Positions 10,404-21,966 are shown, counted from the stretch's first letter. The stretch is DNA of 64,000 bases from an uncultured bacterium (GCA_963749495.1 CAVVMW010000019.1:32001-96000); one strand, 5' to 3'. Made by a program: numbers and translations. The notes: generated by a model not told the origin, from the sequence alone.

Positions 10404-11624
10404 TCATGGCGGCCTGATGGTGCGGCGGACGCCGAGGGGGGAGCCGTCGGGCAAGTGGATGACGTTGTCCCATGGGCGCCAGGAGCCGACCAGGACCAAC
10501 CCGGTGCCACAATGCGGACAAAGCAGGGGTGTGGGCTGGGCGGAGACTCCTTGAGCGGCCAAGGCCGGGTCAGTCGGCGGGCTGGAGGTCGGAGGCTGCC
10601 AAGCGGCTTGCTCGGCCGCCAAGAGTAAGGGCGGTATTTTGAGCAGGGCTCGGATGCGGTTGAACTGGGCGCGTCCCCCTGGATGGAGCCAGCCAAAGCG
10701 GCGGACCCGATGGAATCTGGGCGGCAGGACGTGCTGGAGGAAGCGGCGGAGGAACTCGAAGGGGGCCATGTCGATGTGGCCCCAAGCCCCCGTGGCACTG
10801 TGGCGGAAGGGCCAGCGCAAGCGTCCGTCAGCCAGCAATTGGAGTTGGCGATTGCCGGTGGCGGTTTTAAACACGTAACGGCTAAGGTAGCGCAACGCCT
10901 TTTGGCCCCTGCCGACAGCAGCGCTGTGAACGACCCAGCGTTGCTGCCAGAGGTTGGCCGGGAGGTCATCAAGGGCCTCGGGCATCTGCTCTTGGAGTGC
11001 CTGGTGGTAAAGCGTGCGGCAGCGATCGCTCAGGGCTTTGACCGGCAACAGGAACCGAGGGCGGCTGGAGATCCACTGGCGCTGGTCCGGGCTGAGGCCC
11101 CCGCCGGGCACCAGGTAGTGGACGTGGGGATGGTATTCGAGGGTGCGCGTCCAGGTGTGGAGCACGCCCAGCATACCGAGGGTGGCGCCGAGGCGTTTGG
11201 GATTTTGAGCCAGATCCTGCAGGGCCTGGGAACTGGCGGCCAGGAGCAGGTCATAGCCCTTTTGGGGGTGAGAGCGGATCCAGCGGCGCAAGCCGTTGGG
11301 CACGGTGAAGGTGACCAGGAAATAGTTCACCGGCAGCAACAGGGCGCTATTCTCATCAAGCCACTGCTGGGCATCCTGGCCGCCGCACTGCGGGCAGTGC
11401 CGGTCGTTGCAGGAGTGATAACTGAAGTGGCGGTGGTCGCACTTGGGGCAACAGTACATCGCCCCGCCCAGGGCCGGGGTGCGGCAAGCCAAGAGGCGTT
11501 GCAGCACCCGGCACTGGCGGGTGGGCATGGCAGCTCCGAACTGCTCCAGATAGGCCGGAGCCCATCGGCACAACACTTCGTGGACGGATAAGGAGCTGCC
11601 GCTGTCCTGAGCGGCTGCGGCCAT
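10404..11624 (-). CDS. IS91-family Y2 transposase with N-terminal zinc-binding domain
   Basis: CRTPALGG..CPKC..HSCNDRHCPQC; HUH motif HPHVHYL; YLSRY. Confidence 0.93.
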   Translation of the reverse strand: MAAAAQDSGSSLSVHEVLCRWAPAYLEQFGAAMPTRQCRVLQRLLACRTPALGGAMYCCPKCDHRHFSYHSCNDRHCPQCGGQDAQQWLDENSALLLPVNYFLVTFTVPNGLRRWIRSHPQKGYDLLLAASSQALQDLAQNPKRLGATLGMLGVLHTWTRTLEYHPHVHYLVPGGGLSPDQRQWISSRPRFLLPVKALSDRCRTLYHQALQEQMPEALDDLPANLWQQRWVVHSAAVGRGQKALRYLSRYVFKTATGNRQLQLLADGRLRWPFRHSATGAWGHIDMAPFEFLRRFLQHVLPPRFHRVRRFGWLHPGGRAQFNRIRALLKIPPLLLAAEQAAWQPPTSSPPTDPALAAQGVSAQPTPLLCPHCGTGLVLVGSWRPWDNVIHLPDGSPLGVRRTIRPP

Positions 11625-11635
11625 TGAGAGGCCGC

Positions 11636-12525
11636 CTAGAGGTTGCCCATGAACTTGTTAATGCGCTGCTGGTGCTGAGTCTGACAGAGGGTGGTTAAGT
11701 GGGTGTAGATGACGGTGGTGACGGGGCTGTGATGGCCGAGGTTGACCTGCAATTGGCGGAGGTTTTCGCCTTGCTCCAGCAGGTGGGTGGCATAGCTGTG
11801 GCGCAGCGTATGAATGTGGGCCGCCTTTTTGATGCCGCTGGCGTGCAGGGCCAGACGGAAGGCTCGTTGCAGCGTGGTGCGGTTCATGGGCTCGGTGGCG
11901 GTAAGAGCGCCCAGACCGCTGTGGCCTTTAGCTGGGAAGAGCCATCGTGGATGGCGGTGGCTGCGCCAGAGTTCGCGCAGCAGTTCCAGGGTGCGCTGGG
12001 GCAAGGGCACATAACGGTCGCGGTTGCCCTTGCCCGCCCGGATGTGCAAGAACATCCGTTGGGAATCGATGTCGCCGACTTCCAGGTTGACGGCTTCGCC
12101 CAAGCGCAGGCCACAGGAGTAGATCGTCGTCAGGGCGACCCGATGGTCCAGAGGGCCAACCTGGGCGATAATCGTGCGCACCTCGGAGGCCGAGAGGATA
12201 ACTGGCAGCTTGAATTGGGGCGTGGCGCGCACAAACTCCAGTTCCGCGGGCCAGGGCCGCTGGAGGGTTTTCTCCCAGAAGAGTTTGATGGCACACAAAG
12301 CCTGCGTGGAGGTTTGGCGGGCCAAGTGCCGCTCGGTCTTGAGATGGATGAAATACTGGCGGAGTTCCTCGGCGCTCACCAAGTCGGGTGAGCGCTCAAA
12401 GTAATCGGAGAGTTGGCGCACACAGACCCAGTAGATCTCTTGGCTTCGGGGCTGGAGCGGCAGCAGAGCCAGGTCATCGGCAAAGCGGTTCAGGATTGCG
12501 TGAGGAGAACTTTTTTTATATGCAT
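11636..12525 (-). CDS. Site-specific tyrosine recombinase; ATG out of frame across an A7 run
   Basis: YSCGLRLGE, GKGNRDR, HTLRHSYATHLLE, LGH, T.IYTH; N-terminal similarity extends to ILNRFADDL. Confidence 0.9.
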
Positions 12526-12828
12526 AGCTGCGGTACTACAAGTTAATGGTGACGGTTTGCCGTGCGTCAATGCACGGCGAACCGTCATCAGTCTGTGGGA
12601 GTTCCGACCATAGGCCAACGCAAAACCAGCCCTCCAGCCTGCGAACTGCGGAGCCGCAGCACTTCCGTCTTCTCCGCCGCGTAGCGGCTTCGTTCAACCC
12701 TGGGCTGGATGATTGTCATCCCTTCGGGATGCACGGGCCGCAGGGCGTCTGCCCTGCGTGCCCTCGCCCCTCCCCCCTCGACACGGGGCTGGGCATAGCC
12801 GATAGCCGATCGCCAATAGCCTCGCCCC

Positions 12829-15800
12829 TCACGGTAGGAGCACCACCCGGTAAAACCGTTGGGCGTTGCCGCTGGCGGTCGAGTCGGTGAAGGTGGCGGT
12901 GGAATTGGTGGCGGACACGCCGGCCAGGGGGAGCCAGGAGGGATCGTCGAGATGGGATTTGCACTCGACACGGTAAGTCCGGTTGGGGAGGGCGGTCCAA
13001 CTGAAAGCGGGCTGGCCGCCGGGTGTGATTTGGAGGCCGGAGAGGCTCGGGGGTGGTGGAGCGACGGCATTGGTGTTGAGGACCTGCACCACGGCAGCCA
13101 GATTGGGCAGGAGGTTGCCGTAGAAATCCAGGGCCTGGAAGTTCAGGACATTGGTAGCGCCGGCCAGGGGGACGGTCATTTTCCAGGCGATGGGGCTGAC
13201 CCAGGCGACCGGCATGGGCTGGCCATTGACGGTGATGGTCTTGGCCTCGACAGGAGCGGTCCCGGACAGGAGCGCGAAGTTGGTCCCGGTCAGGAGGTTG
13301 GTGGGACCGCTGACGGTGAAGAGGGCATTGGCGACGCCCTGGTTGGTCAGCGCGCGCAGCAGCGAATTGTGCATCGTGCCGATCCAATTCTTGAGCCCCG
13401 CGGCGCCGGGCTCGGCCACATTATAGGGCGGCGAGGCCAGGCCGTTGGCGGCGAAGGCGGCGTACTTTGCGTCCAGGACCGGGTTCACACAAGCGTTGTT
13501 CATCGCCACGGCGGCGATTTCCTTGAAGGCGCGCAGGTAGGCCCGGCGGTAGGGCGGATAGCTCTGGAAATAACCCATCGGCCAGTTGCCTTTGGGGACG
13601 CACGGCTGGACCTGCTGGTTCCAATTGAACAACATGCTCCCATCGTCCGGTTGGGAAGCGCCGCCGCTGCCCAGGGTGATGTTCCAATCCCACTTGAAGA
13701 GGGTCCATTTGCCGAGGGTCGGTTTGTAGCAATACATGTTCCACTCGTTCTCGTTGCCGATGGAATCCATGTCGCCGGTGGCGTGTTCGATGGCGAACAT
13801 GCGCAGGAGCTGCTCGGTATCGACGAGGTCCTCGAGGTTGGAGACGTAGCCCGGGGTGTTGGTGGCGTTGAAGGCATCGATCATGGCGAAGACGTTGGTG
13901 AAGTTGTTCGCCGAATCGGGGTATTGGCGCACCCAGTAGTTCCAGCGGTAGCGGGCGAGTTTGTGCTGGCCGGGCACGCCGTTGAGGGTAGTGGTGAATT
14001 TGTTGAGGGTACACCAGGAGTAATTGCCGTCGCTGCTGGTGCCGGTGGGGTCGAATTCGAACCAGGCATTGTTCTTGTAAAGCCACCCGTTGTTGTCGAG
14101 GGGGAAATACTCATTGAGGATGTCGCCGCCGGGCACCTGGCTGTCTTCCATGAGCGGTCCGTGGCGGTTGCCGTTGACATACAGGACATAGTAGCGGCGG
14201 TAGTTCCAGGGCAGCCCGATCTGCCGGGCCATCCAATAGGAGGCCTGTTCGCGCTGGATCGAGTTGTCATCCAGCGGCCCGTTGCCCGGCACGTGCTGTT
14301 TGTTGAACGAGGCGGTGCCCAGGAACTTGTCGTCCTCGGGCATGGTCCAGTGCATGCCGCCGAGGGTCGTGACCGGCGAACCGGAGGTACTGGTGATAGG
14401 GGCTGCCGGCGAAGCGTCCGAGGGCATTGTAGATGATGCGCCCGCCGCCATCGACGAAGGTGAAATCGTGGCTTTCGTTGCTCAGCGCCTGCTGGTCGGC
14501 CCAGCGAATGAGCCAGTTTTGGGTGAGCCAGAGATGATAGTGGTCGAAGCTGCCCAGCGGGAGCGTGTCGCCGAACCTGACGACGCACTCGCGCGGAAGA
14601 TTGCTGTTGTCCTTGAGGTCTGCGGGGAAGATGGCGCTCACGCCGGCGGGGTCTTGAGCCGCACGACAAAGGCCACGACGGCCCCGGCGGACTGGCCCGG
14701 GATGGTGGCGCTGTAGAGGCCGTCGCCCGCGATGGCATCGCCGTTGGCGCCGCCGTCGTTCATCGGCACCGAGGTGTAGGTGGTTGCGGGGTCGAGCCGG
14801 TAGTGGAGCGTGGGCGTGAGGGCCGAGCGGCCATGGAAGCGGGCGGTGACCACGACCGGCTGGCCGGCCGCCGGGACAGGCGGGGAGTGCTGAACCTGGA
14901 AGATGGCGGGGCCGGGCGAGGCGGTGAAGCGGCTGTTGCGCAGCCCCGGGCTGCCGAGGTTGGCCGGCACCGGCAGGGCCCCGGTCAATTCGATCCAGTT
15001 GCCGTGTACTCGCAGCAAGACCTCGGGCGACCCTTTGAGCCAGCGGCCTTGGAGTCGCAAGGTGGCGGTTTGCCCCCCTTTGAGCGTGGCGGCGCTCAGG
15101 AAGCTCTGCACGCCATTGGCGCCTGTCCACATCCCGTCGCTGGAGCGCAGGTGAAGGCTATTGGGGCTTTGGTAACCGCCCAGGCCGCTGCTGGGCTCGA
15201 GGCCGGACCGGACATGATCGCCCTGGCACGTCCAGCCGGAGAGCCCGGCCTCGAAATCGCCATTCACGACGTAGTTCGTGCCGGTGGGGCCGCCGGGCCG
15301 GACCTCGATGTTGTCGATCAAACACTCCCCAACGTCCAGCAGGCCCACCTGGACCAGGTCCACCGGTTTGCCCTGGTAACCGTAGCCATTGTCGAGCACG
15401 CCCGTGAATTCGAGGTTGGTCCAGGCAGACTTCCAGGTCTCGTCGCTGTCGGCCCAATTGGAGGCGAGCCGGTGGTTGGTCTGGGGATGAATGAGTTCGA
15501 GGCTGCTGCCCCCGCCGTGGGCCCATTGGCCCCAGCGGCCGCCGATGTCGTAGGTGACCTCATCCTCGACCACCAGGATGGTATTGGTCATCACCAGTCC
15601 CGTGCTATTGGTCTGGACCAGGTCCTCCGGCCGGGCCAGCGCCAGGCGCCCGCCTGTGTGCGGCAGTTTTTTCGCGAAGTCGCCGACTGTGTTGGTCGCG
15701 TTCAACTGGGAATAATGAGCAAAGAGGTTGGTCCGGTTGCGGGCCAGCACCAGGTAGGAATCGGGGCCGATGGGGGTATTGGGCGGGAAGGTGAGAGCGG

Positions 15801-18800
15801 ACTTGGCGCCCGCCGTGAAGCTCCACCCGGCCAGGTCCACGACGTTGGTCCCCTGGTTGTAGAGTTCGACATACTGGTCGTCGTCATTGCCCGAGATGGG
15901 CCGGTACATGATTTCGTTGATGACGATTTCGCCTATGCGAATAGCGCCGTTGGGCGCGCCCGGAGTCGGGGCGGCCAGCGGATAGAAGTCGCTCGACCCG
16001 TCCGGCCATCGGCCAAAGGAAATCCCCAGCCCCTGCGGCTCATAAGAGACGGCGTCCAGGACAGCGCCGTCCGGCGCCCTGAACAGGAGCAGGCCGCCGG
16101 CCGGGTTTGGGGCAAAGCCCAGTTGGGCGGACACCAAGGCGAGATACCCGCCTGCCGGGATAGCTGAGTTTGCGGGCAGAACGAATTTGGGGGTGCTGGC
16201 GTCGTCCGTGAGCACACACCCGGAGAGGTCGACCGCCTTGAGGCTGTGGTTGTAGAGTTCGACGTAGGCGCTCTGGCCGTCGGCGGGATGGGCGAGGAAC
16301 TCGTTGATGAGGACATTGCGCAGGGGGCTGGGCCGGTAGGCCTCCGGGGCGCCGGGCGAACCTCCCGGCGCATCGCTGAGCGCCCAGGCCCGCCAATCGC
16401 CTTCACCGTAACTGGGCCGCGCCAGGACGATCGAGTGCCCCGTGCCGTCGGCCCCGGCCGGCCAGGGCAACGTGTTGCTGTAGGGCACTTCCAGGAGGAT
16501 GGCGCCCCGCTCGCTGAGCAATTGGACCAGGCCAGATTTCCTGAGCGCGGCGATGTAAGGGCCCACCACATTGGTCAGTCCATAGACCGCTTGCAGATCC
16601 GCCGGCGCGGCGGCCACGACCAGGAACCCGCCCCCCGGCAGGACCGTGCCGGCGGGAAACTGGAAGAAGATGTCGCCCGTCAATTGGCAGCCGCTGACAT
16701 CTTCCCAGCAGGGATTCGAGTTATAGAGTTCGATGTATGCCAGGTCCTTGCCATCGGACCGGGCCGCGGGCGAGTACATGATCTCCGAAATCGCCAGCGG
16801 GGTGCGCCGGCTGCACGGCCCCGGCGGTTCATACGGACTGGCCACGGTGCCCAGGAGCGAACTGGCCACCTCGGCCAGGTCCCGGAACTGGGCCAGCGAG
16901 GCTGCCCCCGCGTTGTGACTGCTGACCACCAGCCCCAGATAAACCTGGCCGGCCATGGTGATGCTTGCGCTGGCCAGTTGGGTCCAGGTCTGCCCGTCGT
17001 AACTGGCGAAACCGGCGAACGCATTGCCGGAGCGTTTGAGGCGCAACCACGTATTGGGGAAGTTGCCGGGCAGCGACCCGCCTGAAGTTGCGGCGCCCTG
17101 GGGCGCAGCGCGCCATTCGAAGAAGGAGCCGACCATGGCGGGCGTGGCAATCGTGGCGGCGAACCGGCTGCCCGGGTCCAGGCCCTCGCGGGCCATCAGC
17201 CCCGCCTTGGCCCAGACGTCCGACAGGGCCAGGCCCGCCACCCGCACAGCCACGTCGAAGTCGCCCCTGCGCAACTGGTAAGCGAAGCTGCACTGGTCGG
17301 CGGCGCTGCCGAGGTCAAAACCGTTGCCCCAGAGGTCCATGCCGCCGGGCACGGGCTGCTGGCCGCCGGCGGGAGACGGAGTGCCGATGGCATAAATGGC
17401 GTAAGCGGATGCAACGAATTGGGCCTGGGAATTGGGAGCGATGAGGTTCCCGGCGGCGGATTGGTCCGCCAGGTTGTTCACGGTGACGGTGTAAGCGGCC
17501 CCATCGGTCATGGCGCCGACGTCGAGCAGGACGTTGGTTTGCGAGGCATCGAGGGTGGCGCTGGCCAGGAGGAGGGGGCCGTTGGCGCCGGCTGCCAGAT
17601 AATTGGCCGCGTTGGTTGCGGTGGCGGGGTTGAGGCGCTCGGAGAAGGTCAGCCGCACCTGGCCCAGCCCCAGGGCCTGCGCCCCGAGCAGCACCGGCGG
17701 GTTGGTGTCGGCGATGACGGTAAGGGACGCGACGCTGCTGGTGACCGCGTAAGTCACGTTGCTGACTACGTTTTGGACGACGACCGTGAACAGGGCGCCG
17801 TTATCGGCGTAAGGGGTCGAGGGGATCGTGTAACTGGCGCCGGCAGCGCCGGGGACGGCTGCGCCGTTCTCGTACCACTGATAAGTGGGGGCGGTGCCCA
17901 AGGCGCCCACAGTGAAGGCCGCCGGGCTCAACTCCATTACGGTCTGGCCCTGCGGCTGGGTGGCGATTGAGACCGGGACCTGCACGAACGCCATCGGCGC
18001 CACAAGGATCCTGGGCAAACCCGCGGCCTTGATGAGGATGTAATCGACGTTGAATTCGGCCAGGCCGCCGAGGCTGCCGGCCGTGACGCCCGCATAGCCG
18101 GTGCGCGTCGAACGGCCCGGTGTATAGTCCCATGCCAGTTGCCAGGCGGACGGCTCGGGGACGGAGCCGTCCCCCAGCCAGGCCCTTCCAAAGACATCGT
18201 TCACCCCGCCCTGGGAAGCCGCATTGGGCTCCTGCCGCAGCCGGACCCAGTACCACGTGTTGGGCTGCCAAGCAAAATTCTGGCCCGGTCCCCAGGCGCG
18301 CAGGTCATCCAGGAACGCGAGGTGAGCGCCCGTCTGCCCTTCGCTGTTCATGTTGCGAAACAAGTAATTGATCCCCTGGCTGGAAGACGCGTCCACTCCC
18401 ACACCCACGCCGCCGCGCGTACCGTCGCCGGAGCCAAAACTGGTGATGCGGATGCGCGCCAGCACCTCCTGCACCGTGTCGTCGTAACCAGGCAGCGCGT
18501 AAAGCAAATGGTTCGGATCACCCGAGGCCGTGGCGACGTGCAGGATGCCGTTGCTGACCGAAAAGACGCCCGCCCCGCTCACCACCCAGTTCACGTCCAG
18601 CGCAGCCGAGGTGAAATCATCCTGGAAGCCGTTCACGGTCGTGCCCGCGTCCGAGGGCAGGAATGGCTGGGCCGGGAGCTGGAAACAGGCAAGCAACAAG
18701 GCCAGAACAGCCGGCCACGGGCCGTTGCGGCCCGAATGCCGGAGATACGCCCGCTGCCGGGCGCGCCTCGGTGCCGGGGAGGCTCTAAGAGAATCGTGCT

Positions 18801-18807
18801 TCAACAT
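12829..18807 (-). CDS. Large secreted CotH-kinase / lamin-tail-domain protein with Ig-like and lectin-like modules and C-terminal RFYR module (frameshifts near 14655 and 14385)
   Basis: Signal peptide, Ig-like QPQGQTV..YQWY, three LTD starts (ISEIMY, INEFLA, INEIMY..YVELYN), CotH-like YVNG..GWLYK..WDWNITLG; three consecutive frames join colinearly. Confidence 0.82.
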
Positions 18808-19170
18808 CAAACAATGCTCGTGCCCGGGCCGCGCATCCCGCACGGTACTCTTGTAGCGGCTGGGCAAAGCAAAGTAAAGCCAAATCGCTGGAAAGGTCAC
18901 CGAACAAAAGGAGTTGCAGAATTTAGGCTTTGGCAGAGGATGGCCGCGTGAGTGAACTGACCTGCCAATGGCCAAGTCCCATATCCAGATCGCAGTGCGA
19001 AACTCTTCAGCCATCCTCGGTTGGTTCAAGCCCAACCTTGACAATGCTCCAACTTGAGGGTTGAACGAAGCCGCTTCGCGGCGGAGAAGACGGGACTCCT
19101 GCGGCTTCGCAGTTCGCAGGCTGGAGGGCTTGTTTTGCATTGGCCTTTGGTGGGGACTCCCCCAGACTGA

Positions 19171-19208
19171 TGACGGTTCGCCGTGCATTGACGCACGGCA
19201 AACCGTCA
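19171..19208 (+). promoter_or_regulatory. Strong hairpin upstream of the recombinase gene
   Basis: tgacggttcgccgtgc-attgac-gcacggcaaaccgtca, identical in both copies while the sequence upstream differs at several positions. Confidence 0.55.
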
Positions 19209-19233
19209 CCATTAACTTGTAGCTACCGCAGCT

Positions 19234-20123
19234 ATGGATATAAAAAAAGTTCTCCTCACGCAATCCTGAACCGCTTTGCCGATGACCTGGCTCTGCTGCC
19301 GCTCCAGCCCCGAAGCCAAGAGATCTACTGGGTCTGTGTACGCCAACTCTCCGATCACTTTGAGCGCTCGCCCGACTTGGTCAGCGCCGAGGAACTGCGC
19401 CAGTATTTCATCCATCTCAAGACCGAGCGGCACTTGGCCCGCCAAACCTCCACGCAGGCTTTGTGTGCCATCAAACTCTTCTGGGAGAAAACCCTCCAGC
19501 GGCCCTGGCCCGCGGAACTGGAGTTTGTGCGCGCCACGCCCCAATTCAAGCTGCCAGTTATCCTCTCGGCCTCCGAGGTGCGCACGATTATCGCCCAGGT
19601 TGGCCCTCTGGACCATCGGGTCGCCCTGACGACGATCTACTCCTGTGGCCTGCGCTTGGGCGAAGCCGTCAACCTGGAAGTCGGCGACATCGATTCCCAA
19701 CGGATGTTCTTGCACATCCGGGCGGGCAAGGGCAACCGCGACCGTTATGTGCCCTTGCCCCAGCGCACCCTGGAACTGCTGCGCGAACTCTGGCGCAGCC
19801 ACCGCCATCCACGATGGCTCTTCCCAGCTAAAGGCCACAGCGGTCTGGGCGCTCTTACCGCCACCGAGCCCATGAACCGCACCACGCTGCAACGAGCCTT
19901 CCGTCTGGCCCTGCACGCCAGCGGCATCAAAAAGGCGGCCCACATTCATACGCTGCGCCACAGCTATGCCACCCACCTGCTGGAGCAAGGCGAAAACCTC
20001 CGCCAATTGCAGGTCAACCTCGGCCATCACAGCCCCGTCACCACCGTCATCTACACCCACTTAACCACCCTCTGTCAGACTCAGCACCAGCAGCGCATTA
20101 ACAAGTTCATGGGCGACCTCTAG
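19234..20123 (+). CDS. Site-specific tyrosine recombinase, copy 2; ATG out of frame across A7 (19242-19248)
   Basis: Same catalytic R-K-H-R-H-Y motifs as copy 1. Confidence 0.9.
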
Positions 20124-20134
20124 GCGGCCTCTCA

Positions 20135-21377
20135 ATGGCCGCAGCCGCTCAGGACAGCGGCAGCTCCTTATCCGTCCACGAAGTGTTGTGCCGATGGGCT
20201 CCGGCCTATCTGGAGCAGTTCGGAGCTGCCATGCCCACCCGCCAGTGCCGGGTGCTGCAACGCCTCTTGGCTTGCCGCACCCCGGCCCTGGGCGGGGCGA
20301 TGTACTGTTGCCCCAAGTGCGACCACCGCCACTTCAGTTATCACTCCTGCAACGACCGGCACTGCCCGCAGTGCGGCGGCCAGGATGCCCAGCAGTGGCT
20401 TGATGAGAATAGCGCCCTGTTGCTGCCGGTGAACTATTTCCTGGTCACCTTCACCGTGCCCAACGGCTTGCGCCGCTGGATCCGCTCTCACCCCCAAAAG
20501 GGCTATGACCTGCTCCTGGCCTCCAGTTCCCAGGCCCTGCAGGATCTGGCTCAAAATCCCAAACGCCTCGGCGCCACCCTCGGTATGCTGGGCGTGCTCC
20601 ACACCTGGACGCGCACCCTCGAATACCATCCCCACGTCCACTACCTGGTGCCCGGCGGGGGCCTCAGCCCGGACCAGCGCCAGTGGATCTCCAGCCGCCC
20701 TCGGTTCCTGTTGCCGGTCAAAGCCCTGAGCGATCGCTGCCGCACGCTTTACCACCAGGCACTCCAAGAGCAGATGCCCGAGGCCCTTGATGACCTCCCG
20801 GCCAACCTCTGGCAGCAACGCTGGGTCGTTCACAGCGCTGCTGTCGGCAGGGGCCAAAAGGCGTTGCGCTACCTCAGCCGTTACGTGTTTAAAACCGCCA
20901 CCGGCAATCGCCAACTCCAATTGCTGCCTGACGGACGCTTGCGCTGGCCCTTCCGCCACAGTGCCACGGGGGCTTGGGGCCACATGGACATGGCCCCCTT
21001 CGAGTTCCTCCGCCGCTTCCTCCAGCACGTCCTGCCGCTCAGATTCCATCGGGTCCGCCGCTTTGGCTGGCTCCATCCAGGGGGACGCGCCCAGTTCAAC
21101 CGCGTCCGAGCCCCTGCTCAAAATACCGCCCTTACTCTCCGCGGCCGAGAAAGCCGCTTGGCAGCCTCCGACCTCCAGCCCGCCGACTGACCCGGCCTTG
21201 GCCGCTCAAGGAGTCTGCGCCCAGCCCACACCCCTGCCTGTCCGGCAGGCAGGCCTGCTTTGTCCGCATTGTGGCACCGGGCTGGTCCTGGTCGGCTCCT
21301 GGCGCCCAGGACAAAAGGTCATCTACTTGCCCGACGGCTCCCCCGTCGGCGTCCGCCGCACCATCAGGCCGCCATGA
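20135..21377 (+). CDS. IS91-family transposase, copy 2 (extra C near 21112 and a 21-bp palindromic insert)
   Basis: Near-identical to copy 1; gagcccctg versus gagccctg. Confidence 0.88.
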
Positions 21378-21649
21378 AAACTACGCCCTGGACCACCTCA
21401 CTGCTCGTTCCGGCTGGGGGGCCAACTCCCACCCCCGCGCTTTGTTCGCGTGGCACCCGCTTCAGCGTCCCAAGGGGCCGGCGGCCGATCCCGGAACCTC
21501 CACGACGCTGCTGCCCAGTCAGCACCGGGACTGGCGCAGCTTGGCACGGCTCTGACCCGTCCCCAAAAGCCTCGACCGCACACCGTAGTCAAAGCCAGAT
21601 CCGGCACTTTCCGCAGTACCCCCAAGGATGGCCCAACGAACCTTGGGCC

Positions 21650-21774
21650 GCGGCTTCGTTCAACCCAGGAATGTAAAGAACACGGGGGCGGTCCCAACTT
21701 CTCCAAAGTCACTTCTGTATTCCCGAGTCCCGGATTATCTCGCCCCCGCGTTCTCTACATTCCTTTTTCTGTTG
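21650..21774 (+). other. attC-like terminal site of the element
   Basis: GTTCAAC (RYYYAAC) at 21658-21664; 24-bp imperfect arms at 21667-21690 and 21741-21764; GTT at 21771. The same structure is at 10007-10131. Confidence 0.6.
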
Positions 21775-21787
21775 TATTTCTCTGACT

Positions 21788-21966
21788 ATGAAAAATGGAA
21801 TGCTGACGTACGCTCCGGCGCCGCGAACCCGAAGGGAGAAGCGCGCCCTGGTGAACCGCGTCGTTAGGAAGGTCGCCTCGATGTCTCCGCAGGAGCGTTT
21901 CGCCACCATGGTCCGCGCCGGCATTTACACCAGGACTGGCCAGTTGCGCAAGCGCTACGGCGGCCC
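21788..21966 (+). CDS. Possible small basic protein; stop codon lost or read through
   Basis: MKNGML...SPQERFATMVRAGIYTRTGQLRKRYGG looks protein-like, then the frame runs into non-coding-like sequence and overlaps the cytochrome gene. Confidence 0.35.

Larger units (their letters stand above)
10011..12698 (-). mobile_element. Tyrosine recombinase + IS91-family (Y2 HUH) transposase element, copy 1 (2688 bp)
   Basis: Ends defined by alignment with copy 2; CAAC at both junctions (10007-10010 and 12695-12698); it interrupts a REP hairpin whose intact homolog is at 8879-8940. Confidence 0.92.
19060..21770 (+). mobile_element. Tyrosine recombinase + IS91-family transposase element, copy 2 (2711 bp), inverted relative to copy 1
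   Basis: Near-identical to the reverse complement of 10011-12698; GTTG at 19060-19063 and 21771-21774; the 23-bp length difference equals a 21-bp insert plus two 1-bp indels. Confidence 0.92.

Noticed and set aside
11636..12525. Canonical integron integrase with a cassette array
   Set aside because: No IntI-specific insertion and no attC array; the gene travels inside the duplicated element
18808..19263. N-terminal 152 aa of the 1541-aa ORF
   Set aside because: Read-through from the mobile element end and intergenic DNA; the signal peptide follows the Met at 18807
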